Below are positions 24,184-37,300 of a DNA stretch of 64,000 bases, piece by piece. The notes below the pieces were generated by a model that worked only from the letters and a program-made list of their open reading frames with translations, was not told the origin of the DNA and did no database searches. How positions within the stretch are numbered: position 1 is the first letter of the stretch; the number at the start of each line of letters is the position of its first letter. The translations under genes and the position numbers were made by a program. Where the stretch lies: the NCBI GenBank assembly GCA_040437565.1, contig JBDOQK010000069.1, forward strand, positions 1-64,000, in the 5' to 3' direction. Source of the stretch: Albugo candida. Taxonomy: Eukaryota.

Positions 24184-27100
24184 ATGATTTTTTAGGAAAA
24201 CTTGGTTTCCACCTTCGACAGGTAGAAATTTGCTCGGAAGGAGCTGAATCGCATACTACAATTGTAAACGAAGTAGCCATATTTCTTTTCGCCTAGGCAA
24301 CTAGAGAAGTCAGTTAGTCTAATTCTAGTAATGTAGACATCAACTAAACTAAGCAGTCAATTAGAGGATATGTAACTTCTCATCTCCGGCAAACCATACT
24401 ACCTCGTTTTTTTCTTCATGAATTCGATTTCCACGAAGAGCGATCCCCTGGTGCTGTTGATCAGGAATACAGTCATGAAATGAGAGCTCATTATTGGATG
24501 AGTAGGTAACAAGGTAGTTTAATAAGGCCCTAAGTCAAATTTTTACCTATGAGGTAGGATATTACATCTCTTGAGTATGATAGTAGCGCTGACCTTGTAA
24601 AAGAGTTCCGTTCGATTATAATTGAGGCATATAAGGTCAACTAAAGGCAGAACAGATGCAATTAACTTGTGTTCTGATTCGTGATAAGCGAAGATACTGA
24701 CAAGAAAACTGTCGAGGTAAATCTTCGAGCATAAATAAACATCAATGCAATCAGCTACAATTGTCTTATCATCCCTTTTGCTACCGTTACATTTTACAAG
24801 ATGCGGTCGTATAAGATACGACGCATGCATATCAAGTTATTAAATCCGCTTCACTTGATTGTTAATAAAGAAAGTTAATCTCATTACTCAGCATGACGTT
24901 GATGTATAGACGAAGCTTTCATCACTTTCTTTTATGTCTTATTCTGCATGTACACAATGAGCTTTTTTTATCAATTCACGTCTAGGGATGTTCTTAAATG
25001 CTCAATTGTACACAACTCTACACGGGATAGTATCGACGCTAGAGGTTTAATTGCCCTGCAGTACATTAGAAAATGTAAACGTTTGCAGTTTTAGAACGAA
25101 AGCGATGCCTCACATTTATTCTCAAATTTCTTATCCAAACCCATTGTGATCTTAAAAGAATGATAGTGAGTGTTCCATGATGAAAGAACATTGAATGTGG
25201 AAATGTAGAGCGTGGGGGCCCAATGCAGAGAATGTGTAGAGATTTCGAAATTACTTTGCAACTCATAGTGTTTGAGATGACATGCGGTGATGCTTGAGTT
25301 AATAAGTAAATTGGACAATGAGATGATTGAGTGAATGAATTTGGTGGGCAAGTTGATCTCCTGAAGTCCTGGAGGTGACACTTGGAAGCATACGAGGGCA
25401 GTAGCAAATGATTCGATAAAAGATTCAGCAGAAAATAAAACATGGACGCAGCTGTTATTGGAAGAAATGCGATTCTCGACTAAGTTTAGAAGCTACTACT
25501 GGAGGAAATGCGACCATGGACCATGTTATGAGGCTGCCAATTGTCGCGTTGAGCAGCTTTCTAAAATAATGACTGGCGCTATGTTTGTCAGCAAAGAAGG
25601 GAAAATCCTTTAGTCTTTGAAATTCGCTTTCGATAGCTAAATTTCACGCGCAGTGTCGTTGTACGTTTCATATGCAGCCCGAGCACTTGCTATCTTTTCC
25701 TAATTGAACATTGCTTTAACGGATGGATTTGTAGAGATATCATGTTCTACTTTATATGGTGCTCCCACAAAAGTCGAAATTCGTAACAAACCTCTAAAAA
25801 GGTTCCTTTTACGATTCAAACAATACGGAGTATCAGCTGTATGCGCACCACACTCTATTTTAAAACTATTGCTTCATGCCACACATTTGTGTCAACAACT
25901 TTCTAACTTTATGAGTAAGCTCTTAAAAATGTGCTTTCAGAGACGTGTCGATCCTTTTTACTTGCATTATTATTAACGATGTCAAATTGCTTTCACCATA
26001 GGGACAATGCAATGCGCCTTAATGTAGCACGATTCCATTCGTCATTGTCTCTCACTGGTTCTTTGATATGGTATTTATGGGCGTCAAGTTGCGTTGCGGT
26101 CGATCTGTCCCCTTTTTAAAGGAGTCCAAGCAGGAAGAAAGATGTCATTTTCTGCACTGATAAGGGTCTCAAACTTCAATTGTCTCCCAATTAGGTAATA
26201 TTGATCATTTCAGGCGCGGCGACCCGACCTCGTTGGGTGCTGGTCCGGAACGACTTTCAAACCCTTCGTCCGGAATAGCACGATATTTTAGCATGTACAG
26301 AGTATACGAACACAGGTTCTCAATGAGGGTAATATATCGAAACCGCAAGCTCCGTCTTCATTGCAAGAGAGAACGTCGTCACGAGAGCAACTGAGCGCGC
26401 AAGAACTCGCGATGCAATCTGAGCAAATTGAATTCGTCGTGGCACTATCCCGTCTCCAGTCATGCCTGCTCCAAATGACCATAGACTTTATAATCTTCTA
26501 ATCAATTGTATCAAGCAAAGAGACTTGGCCAGCAGCGCAAGGGTTAAATTACATTTCTTGCGATAATGAAGGAGCCGCTTTTCTGTCAGGTATTTGGATT
26601 ACATATGTACGAGGCGGTGAATGAAGCATCTGAAAAGGCGAAAGAAAGAGTATGACTGTCATGACAATGTAGCTTATATAGCGTCAAGGAATGTTCTCTT
26701 GATCCAAAACGTGTATATATTATAATGCTAATGATAAACAGAAGACTTGATCTTCGTTGTGTTTCACTGCAAGCCTCTTTTCATATATATTGGCCAGCAA
26801 AGATGAACACTGCTTTGTCAATATGTACTCTAATTGGTAGTTATAAACGATTACTTGTGTTGAATGATCTTTACTCCGCACTCCACAAAGTGGTCTACCT
26901 CGTCGATCACGGGATCTTTCAATCCGACTTGGACCAGCTCGGTCACCTCGATATTCTTCCAAGATTCATTATAGGGGATATGATGTGATACATGGAGAGC
27001 TAATCGATAAAGGAGTAAATGTGATAGACGATGTTGTCAATAGGTGTACTGGCGAATAACCATTCTTTGGACGGAAGCGACACTCATCACCCAATAAATG

Positions 27101-28090
27101 TACGTCTGGCGAATTAAATGAAATCGTTGACAACAACTGCCGCCAAATTTAGCATTTTATATACTTCGGCAGCACACAGGGTTGAATATTTTATCTACTT
27201 TATCCACATCTGTATCTTACTTTTTACATCTGTAGCCATGATCACTATACTGAATTGGAGTGTTTAGAATAGCTCAAGTACTTGAATGATGGAGGATGGA
27301 AGGTAAGTTGATTCGGATTCCGAATAACGCGGTAAGAGTCGAAAAGTACGTTTTGGAACCGGTTGTGTACGTGGTGAAAATTCGTATACAAGGTAAACAA
27401 TTATATAAGGTACTAAACGATGATAAGGTTTGGACATGAGGAAATGACGTTTACGACGAAATAGCAAAGACAAGCGAAATCAGCTATCGAGAAACTAAAT
27501 TTAAGATGATACTTACTTGGGATAGGTGACTTCTGAAAAATGAGACAGCAATGTTATCATCGGTCAAGTAGAGCTACAATGGTAAACATTTTACAACGCT
27601 GATCTAAATAACATTTAATGGAGTTGATTTTACAAACGCTTCGTAATGTTATAAGTTTCAAAGCGGTTTTGCGACGTTGGTAGACATGTGAGCTTAATCT
27701 CATACAATCCTACGCTCATAAGCACTCGTTCCTATCATAACAATGATGTCAGCATCGCAATATGTGTGGATGTTTCTAAGATGCTATGTTGAGTGATTAA
27801 TCAAGTAGGTGACCACCGGTAGCTATGCTACCAGAATCGTATTATGAGTTTTTAACCTTTAATGTATCGGAGATTTTAAAACGCTTCAAATGAATTGTGA
27901 ACCGAATAAAGGAGATCAAAGAACGTCGTTCGAGTATTTTTTGCAAGTTTGTTTCTTACGCTGTGGTCCTAACACAATCGGTGCCCGGATTTCCACAGAC
28001 AACAATCTAATCTGTGAAGGATTTTCCGCAAGCGAGTCACAAACGTATTCTTCGCACATCGATTTGAGTTAATTTACTCGAATGAAGACA

Positions 28091-28154
28091 AGGTCAGGCG
28101 TCAGTCGAAGCTAGAGTCCGATCATACGGACTCAATGCCACCGCGAAAACGCTC
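28091..28154 (+). repeat. Dispersed repeat, copy 2 (homologous to 24121-24183)
   Basis: Same core as 24121-24183, in direct orientation. Confidence 0.75.
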
Positions 28155-31100
28155 CTAATAATAAAAATAATCGAGTTGAGTGGTGCTTTGAGACGTAACA
28201 CCCGAGACTACAAAACACGGAAACACCTCAGAACAATAGATTGGATCTTATTTTCACCTGGCACTGTACCCTTTCAAGTACATAATTGTTCATCGATATA
28301 CATGATTGCTGGACACAATCTTGTACATCAGCAATGTAGCTCAAAAAATAGGTACATTGGATCTATTTGGTCTGAGCTTGACAAGCCGCTTGTCAGAAGA
28401 GAATAGAACGCTTCGCAACAGGTAGGTATTCTTCTCTCATACAAGTATGATTTTCGGTAAAAGCTCATGTGAACTACTCACTCCACGGCTCATCAACTAC
28501 TCATTTTTATGACCAAGAAGCTGTTTCGCATGAAAATTAAATCTTATTGCTCTAAAGACAAGTGGCTGGTGCCTTGCCAGCTTGATGTACAAAATACCAT
28601 GTCTTCCGTGCTGATGAAAATATGCAGTTCGAGGTGATGTAACCATTATGACATACCACTCCTACTCTATGCTGCGATCACTAACTGCATTGCCAGCGCT
28701 GAGGATATCCAATAGGAGAAGTTGACATGTACCAGTTTCCTGATACTTCAGAGGCGCTTATAGTCGCACTTCTACCTCTATTCATGACGCGTCATCTCAG
28801 CTAATTACGTTTGTACAAACATGAAAATGGAAATTGACTTTACCTCATGCCAAGAATCATGCTCTTTTCCGATACAAATCACGGACTTTGTTTGGATCGA
28901 TTAAGTTGAATGCTGACTACGATGATGAAAACTCAGAAATTGTTTTCGAATGTGAAGCAGGGGATGTTGTTGTGGCTGGGCGAATTTACTTACTCTGGAT
29001 CCAACCTTAAGCCAGCTCTGTGCTGATTTCTTCGTTCGAACCAATTGATTGAGTTGTGCTAAAAAGTGCGCGATATTATGTCCTTTCCGTCGAAACAGGC
29101 GTAGAGTTGTTTTGCGGTCTGCGATGATAGATCCATAATCTATGCGTCGCCTACATAGTGTACTGGATTCGGCTTCAATTGGTATGATGTTTTTGATTGA
29201 CACTTTGGCAATCTGGTCGATAAATGTCAGATTTTGATCACTGGCACTCAGAATCATGAGAATACTCTCCAAATTGTGTCGTAATTGTTTCTTGGAACTA
29301 GCTTTACTCTTTCAGCATTCAAATTTGCTGACAGCTGTTCAAAAATATTGTCCACAATATATCTAAAATTGACTTAAATGGCTTCGAACATGCTTATGAG
29401 GATAGAGCTTCTCGATTTTCCGAAGCCGCATTGGAAGCAAAATGGAGCTGCCTTATACGATCCGAAAGATTAGTGTATTGAAGTGAGTATACTGGATGTC
29501 TGCGCATAAATAAATTCTGATACTCTTATGACTTCAATCTACAACTGAAGCATTGTATTTTGAACGAAAACTGCATCGTCACCATAAGATATGGATTTAT
29601 ATGATGCTTCCAGATACTTTGGTAGCATTTGCTTCTGATCCGATTTTTCGTGAACGTTTTCGTGAGCGAATACTTCCGAAAAAGCTTCGTCCCAGCTATC
29701 ACCTTTTCGGAAGGTTGATTACTGCAATGGATTCTACTCACTACCTCCGTCTAATTAGACTGACCCTTCTCTCATAGACGGATACATCGGCAACCTCTTC
29801 ATTTGCCGTAGCTATTCCACTCTCGGTAATGAATAAACAAGGCTCGACATGCTGACGCTTGGATTAGGAGGATTGTGCTTTGTACATTTGATATGGATGA
29901 ACATAGAGAGAAAAAGTAAGTGAGCCAAGCGTGTCATAATAATTCGACTTCAAAAAATTGAAAATCAGGTCTCCTTCTCTTACAATTCCCGGATGAACAC
30001 GTCACACATAGAAGAACGTATGAGTCATTTCAAATCGATTAGATTTGCTCGAAGTAGCGCGTCGTTGTACGATATCGCTTTTCAGGAAAAAGTACATAGG
30101 AATTAGGTCTGGCTGGACGAAATTAGGTAGTAAACCAATTTTGACTGCTTGGAAAGGGTAGGAGTAGGTATCCAAGTGGGACTTCTTCACTGACTGTGAT
30201 GAGAAACCGCATCGATCCTTCATGTTAACAAATCTCCTATCACAGCAATTGCCGTATATCATCCGCTTTTCTCTGCTTTTTACCTTCATTACATTTCAGC
30301 ATAAATTCAGAAGAGATCATACCAACTCCTTTTCATTCTCCGGATTGCTCTTTTAGACACATCTTGTTCGTCTATATGGGCACTTCTGTTTCAATTCCCC
30401 GTCTCTGCCTTCTTCATCTTACTACTGCCTATGGGACATCACCAAAACGACACTAATCGTATCAGCGGCGCTAGACACAGAACAGGATGTTTGCAGTATT
30501 ACCACAGGGGCCTAATTTCAAGTTAGGAACGCTAAACGCAGGTGCATTTCATAATTTAGAGGGGCGATCAGAGTAAAATTCAGCATATCATCCAGTCGTT
30601 CGATTTCACCAAAGAATGGAAAAGCGCGTAACGGGATGCAGTACAAGTTCAGACGTAATTGTTTCAACTCGGAGAAATCGCAATATACACAGTTTAGTTT
30701 TTAGCCGCTAGCTTCTATTCTGACCGAAATAAATAGTGCTGGGTAGTTTCATACTATGTTTTGATGTTTTATTATAGTGACTCTGATGTTCTAGCTGGTT
30801 AGGAGCTCTTGCGCGGCGATGTTGAGTAAATAAGAGCTACCTGCGCTTGGCTCTTATTTATTCCTAATGAAAAAGAATTCTGGCTGATGCAAATCTGATC
30901 AGTGATCTTTTTACATCCATCACTTCGCTGCGCTGTTATGGGAAATGGCAAAAAGATTTTCTATCCAAATCGATCTATATAACTTGTTAGCAGTCATTCT
31001 CCCACTTTAAATTTACGGTAATGAGATTTGTGGAAATAATAATTACAAACGACTAAAGATTGGGCCGAAGGCTGGCAAGAATGCTTCGATGACATCAAAT

Positions 31101-33339
31101 ATTAACAGATGCAGACAAGGATAGATAGCTATACACTGGTCCGAAAAGAAACCCGGTGTAGGTACAAAGGTTTTGGCAAAGGCAATTTTGTTGAGGTCAT
31201 TATCTAAGTTATAGGATAGTATCTAGCTGATTTACAAATTTGCGACGAATTTTTGTAACGTTGGGGCCAAAGAAATAGTCTATCTCATCAATAGTGTAGG
31301 TGCCGGTAAAGATGGCGGAGTAGAATTGCATTCTACGCATATATCTTAACTTGGTTCAAATGAAGCTAGAACTAGAACTATTTTGGACGGCAATGATGGT
31401 CGCTACATCCTGCTGATTTCTATCCATAAAATTTACATATATGGCTAAACTTGCTCTAGTGCGACTGTCACAAAAAAATTGACAGAGTTAGGTACGATGT
31501 AATAATCCACCTCTTTTTACCAGGAATATCCACCTATTCCGTTTTGCACGAATAAAACTAAGAATTAATAAATTGGTTCTAAACCTCCTTTTTACTAGCA
31601 ACCACCGTGAGTTTATGGGCTGCATTGACTAGAGGCTCGGCAGATACTCAGCTGCGCACGGTTGTTTTTTAGATTTAGTCGCTTGGCTAGTTTAGTGTAA
31701 CCCAAAGTGTATTCTGATGCTGTGCGGGTCTTCAGTAAGCATGACCAAAAAAGTGAAGGTGAGCGTTACAAGGACCGCTCCTATGTATGGATCTAATGTG
31801 CGCATCATTCTCTTTATTAACGGATAATACCAGCGGACATTGATTTTCCCGCTCTCTTCTCCAAGATTCTTTGTTTTTCGTTTTGTGAGATAAGATCGGC
31901 TATGACTCAATGACCATGGATAATTTGGTTTACCAATTTTTGCATGACAGCCAATGGGCTACTGATACACAACTAAGAGATAGCGTTTCCTGACCATGTC
32001 TCCGAAATACCGACTAGAGAGAAGTATCAACTTTCTGTCAAAAATCTGGCTATATAGATTAAAGAAGAAGGTAAATTTCGATCTTAGACTGCCGATGGTG
32101 GCTTAGATGGGAGACAGATGTTCTGAGGCAATCATTGCTATCTAGGGCTTGGAGAGGAAAAGTGAAGCGCGAATGCAAGAATCAAGTTAGCGATCTATTG
32201 ATTATAAGATGATTAAGCTTTCACCATGTCGTTATACTGCACTTGCAACAATGTAGAAACGTCTAACGCAAGCAAAAAGTTGCCTATAAACAAACTCTTC
32301 GTTTAGATCCCACAGAAACGCTCAAGACTAGAAGCTCCAGTCCATTATTGATTGTTACCCTTTGCCTCGTATATCAAGCTGGCAGGTTCTGGTAAGAATG
32401 TCGAAAGGAAAATCACGAGAAAGAGTTGCTCAGCTAAGCAGGCTGATTACAGCAAGTTCAGGGGGGCGTCACGATTAGAGGACGCGTATGCTAGAGGTTG
32501 GTGATTAGAATGCTTGTTCCTGGATGGTAGAAGCGTTTTGCTCACCAAATTCACATTACTTCAATCATTGCAAAGTCCATGGATCTTCAAACCATGATTT
32601 TGCTTATTAAACACGACATCCGGTCAAGCAGAAAAGAAAACAATAGTCTGAGTGGAAAAATGAGTAAGATATCTGGCAAAGATATTCGAGAAAGTCTATC
32701 GTTCGAAACCGCTTCTCGTACATCAAGAAGCATGAGAGGAACACACGGGTGATACTCTCAAATATAACAACTAGAATACAGGGGATAACTCCATAACTTG
32801 TTGGGATTACATTCTTGCATAGTGTCCTATGTTACGATATGCTCAGAACAATGGGTTAGACGAGGTGAACTGCGTCGACAAACACTTTCAAACAATTATC
32901 TTGAAAGAATCGTAATTTGCTAGCCGACCGTATAGACTCCAAAAGTGGTTCCCTCTACACGAAGATCTTGATTGCTCTCTGCTTAGAGATGTGAGATCAG
33001 GAATTTTCACGTTATAGTTGAGTAGAACTGAAAGGTAGTACTATTTTACCTGCAGAATATCTGTTCTCTCTTTTGGATCAAAGTATTGTCAACCCAGTCC
33101 TAAAGAATGGAAACTTATCTACCGTGAGAAAGCTTTACTCCAAGATGGCATCGGTGTAGTTGAGACGGTACTAGAGATTGAAATATAAAAAAATATAAAC
33201 CCCGCCATCTTTATGAAAGTACCTAAGTGTCTCAAAGCCCGATTTAGATCCATACGGAAAGAGTGATGGTGTATTTTTTGTAGTTATTATTCGTGTGAAA
33301 GAAAGAGAAGCGAGAGTATGGAAGCATTCGAGGTTAGCA

Positions 33340-33420
33340 TGAAGCCACGCCAAGAAGTATCCACCAAAGATATGCAAACTATGTAAGAAAACGGGTTATT
33401 GACGATTTTGGAGTAATTCT
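33340..33420 (+). pseudogene. Possible gag/ORF1 zinc-knuckle remnant
   Basis: KKYPPKICKLCKKTGY* (ICKLCKKTGY at 33370-33399) resembles a decayed CX2CX4HX4C knuckle. Flanks are not interpretable. Confidence 0.3.
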
Positions 33421-33826
33421 AGGATTTTTCAAGGTATCATAGAAGCCTTCCACAGAAGGAAGTAGAAAAAGAGGGATCGAGCTGATATCAGAGATTCCAA
33501 CTGGGTCAACTAGATATCGTCTGTAAGAAATTTGGGAAGTCGTTTAATCTGTATGCAATATCGCACACCAAAACCAAGCATTCCCCCTCATGATGAAAAG
33601 CTCCACCCACTTCAATGATCCCAGTCACTGCATCGCAAAGAATAGAGATCGAGTGCTAAGGCCCCAAAGTAAAACACGCTGCCTATAATGGAAGGAAACG
33701 TCAAAAAGGCAAGCTTGATAGATTACGGAAAACAAGAGATTGTTTCGGGCATATATAAAGATCCTCTCTCCTCTTAGCATCATGCCGCTTATTCTTCGCC
33801 ATTCGAGCTCAAAAACGTCTATTATT

Positions 33827-34152
33827 ACAAGGTTCGAATGATCCATCTTACCCCACAATAAAAAGATGTCAACATGCTTATTATCGTTTGCCTAAATAGA
33901 ATAAGTGATTTAATATTAATATTAGGTATTTTAATTATTTTTCATCATCTGGACTCTGAACTGAGATGAAGATTGAAGTACGTTTGCGTCAATGCATTAT
34001 AAAAAAGAGATATCGATCACAAGGTTCGAATGATCCATCTTACCCCACAATATGGAGACGTCAACATGCTCATTGTCGTTTGCCTGGACTCTGAACTGAG
34101 ATGAAGTCTGAAGTACGTTTGCATGAATGCATTATAAAAAAGAGATATCGAT
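33827..34152. repeat. Diverged tandem duplication of a 134-bp unit; first copy carries a 57-bp insert
   Basis: 33827-34017 aligns with 34019-34152 apart from the AT-rich insert 33892-33948 and several substitutions. Confidence 0.92.
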
Positions 34153-34261
34153 TTTTTCTGACAAGGAAGCGTACATAGTAGGGGCAAATAGAAAGCTGAA
34201 GCACAAAAACGACCAAAGAGTGCGGTAGACGTTATAGAGGTAAAAAACATTAACATTACGG

Positions 34262-34361
34262 NNNNNNNNNNNNNNNNNNNNNNNNNNNNNNNNNNNNNNN
34301 NNNNNNNNNNNNNNNNNNNNNNNNNNNNNNNNNNNNNNNNNNNNNNNNNNNNNNNNNNNNN
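34262..34361. other. Assembly gap (100 N)
   Basis: Run of N, with AACATTACGG repeated on both sides. Confidence 1.
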
Positions 34362-37300
34362 AACATTACGGATGCTCTAGCCAAGATTAACCCGTGCAAG
34401 CTAGTATAAGTTGATGTAGATCAATCATTTGACCAAGCGTATTCTATCTCTCTTGGTTATTGAATATACTGAAAAATTCATTCGTGAGTCTAACAACGTT
34501 ATGCTTGCATGCAAAAAAAATCGAGGTAACGATACTAACTTAGAGTGGTCTACTTCAAAACAAGTGTGATCTGAATCTTAAGCACATTAGATAAAATTTA
34601 GAAAGTGAGATATATGAAATGTAGGAGGTTCTTAGTTCACTCTACTACCTAGTGTAAGCCTTCTCGTACTAGACACCCACAGCCACTAATTTATTGTTAA
34701 ATAGCTGAAAGTTTATTATCCTGATTTGTTCCACACTGGTTCAGGGACATCAGCTTCAGCACTAATTGCAACGTCAGTAAATAATGTGCGGCGTAGTGAA
34801 GCTGAATTGAACCAATTTGCAACGATGGTGTGACACTTCAACTATTATTACTTAGTAAAACACGTCAACTTCGAGAGCCACTTGGAGTAACTCAATAAAC
34901 AAAACGTTTTGTGGAGGCAAAAGCTAAGCCTGCTCTGCCTGCACCAATGCTATCCATTCATTTTAAAACAGGCGTCGGGCGAAGTGAAGAACTTGTGATT
35001 TGTAGTATCAGCAAGTCCATAGTTTCCACGTCAAGATGAAGAAACAAAGCTGATGGATTGATCTCACCATATAAAAACAAAAATTCCTGCAACTAACTCA
35101 GGTGGGCACTAGCTGCAAGACGTCAGGTTGTTTGTTTATCAAAGATAGAAATGATACTTCCCTTTATCTGCAAGTTCGATCAAAATTTATCTTCTTGCTC
35201 ACATGAAAATTATTTCGCGACCACAGTTAATTAACACGCAATGCAGCCTCTATTGAATCCTGTGTACGATCGCAATAACTAGAGCAATGCGGCGGCAGTA
35301 CTTACATTGGATTTAATGTTCAATGAGATGACAATATTCCTTCACAAATCATGCCAAATCATTGCGACATTTACGTTCACATAACACTGGGATATCTCCG
35401 CACAAATGCGCCGATAACGAGCGATTATGCAGTACCCACTTTGCAGTGATTTCTTCAAATTACTGGAGACGGCTTGAAGGAATTTCGCGTAGAGGGAAAG
35501 CTTTGATTCCGCACCAGATTCATTATAAATCACTTCTAAGTACATAGGTCGTATAAACGGACACATTTTATCAGTCAGCGCTGCCATTTTCCAAATCGAA
35601 GACTTGCGTCATCGGTGCACCTGTTGTGACATAATATCAGAAGATCCTCGACCTTATCGAAAAATTGCCTTCTGTCGCGACGAGCAACTTTCTAGAATAA
35701 GGACTGGCGCCATGTATGCAAAGTAAGTAAGGAACATCATTTGATCGACACAATTCGCTATCGATAGCTGGATTTCATGTAGAGTATGGATGTACTATTA
35801 AGCTGCTACCCGAGTACTTGCTACCTTCTCATGCTCGAATGTTGCTTCAGGGGGTGTACACGGAGAGGTATTTAAGTTCTACTCTGAATGGCGTTTCCAC
35901 ATTATCTTTCATCATCTGATGGAAGAACTTATTGTAATTTTTATTAAAAGCTACTTTTGTTCAATGTAATCGTTCATACCGATCTAATAATGTGTCGTTC
36001 GGCATGACTTATACTCGATTTGGCCTTGTCATAACTGGTCATAAGCGCGACATTGCGTCCAAGCTTGAGACGAGCGGATACAATAAACGCTGAATTGGCA
36101 TTGACGGGATGTTCAATTTAATGTAGAGCTGTGTCGAATAGCTTAGACAAAGAAGGGGCATATTTTAAATGCCCATCACACTTTGTTACTATATTGTCCA
36201 ATAGCGAATTTTTACTCGCTCTATGATTAACATTGTTCAAATACTTTGTCCGATATATCTAAAGTATTTGAAAGGGGCAAATGAATTGCGCCTATAAGTG
36301 GCACAATGGTCCAAAAGATTTCTTTAATTGAGAGGAGACTGATATTCTGCTCTTGAAATTTGTACAAGAGACAGTCGAGTGATTGCCTCTCACATGCAAT
36401 ATTGTAGTGACAGGGTCAGCTGATTGTGGAAGGGGCTGTATATTTAGATGGACGTGCGTTCTAAGAAACGAGAGCCGTGATGATGCTATCACTTTCATCA
36501 GAAGCATTGTAATCTCTTCTTAGATGAAACATGCCTCATCGTCATATGTGTACTTCTCAGAATTTGAAATGGACTTATATGAAGAGATTTGCAGCTTCGC
36601 TACTTTTCCTGTGATTGTACTAAATCTTTGCTTCCTACAGAAACAATCGATCCATAATATTCTTCTGCGGCTTCTTATCCCACGTTGATGGCTTCCTCGA
36701 CACTGGAATTTACCAAGAACTTTCGGTCTTACTTTCGGTATCGATTTTGAACTTGTCTTTAATCGACTTGAAGTAGCTATCGTGACCGTACCAGAGTGTT
36801 GGTACAAAGCCTCTGCCCGTAGCAGTAATGCATTCTAGGGAAATAGAACATTCCTCACGTTTGAAATCCGAAATAATAAGCTAATGCGCGTGTAGATCAG
36901 GAGAAGTTGCGTCTTCATGGTGAACATGCAGCATGCTTTCTGATGCTATGATTAATCTGGCAACGAGCCATATGTAATGAATGAGTTATTGATGTGATAG
37001 ATCCGGGATCACCATAAAAACAGGACGCCAGTTTGCGATAAGTAGGACCAAAGAAGGATTGAAAACGATCTTATTGACTGAATTAAGTTGATCAATAGTC
37101 GGATTGCAATGTCGTGCTACTTTGGACATACAGAATACATAGTTAACTCAGGAATGAAATATTCGCGAAGACTTAGTGAAATCAGTAAGCTAACTGTAAA
37201 TACTTACAGAAAACAGGCTTCTGCGACATGTAAGTACAAGCGTGAAGACGGATAAGCGTTGTTGCATGTGGGCGTAGAAACATTGACCAAAATCAAGGGC

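Noticed and set aside
31593-31625. Minus-strand imperfect hairpin followed by CTAGT, resembling a Helitron 3' end
   Set aside because: The stem is weak and no Rep/helicase sequence or 5' TC end was identified.
34252-34371. 10-bp direct repeat AACATTACGG resembling a target-site duplication
   Set aside because: It sits on both edges of a gap and is most simply an assembly overlap.
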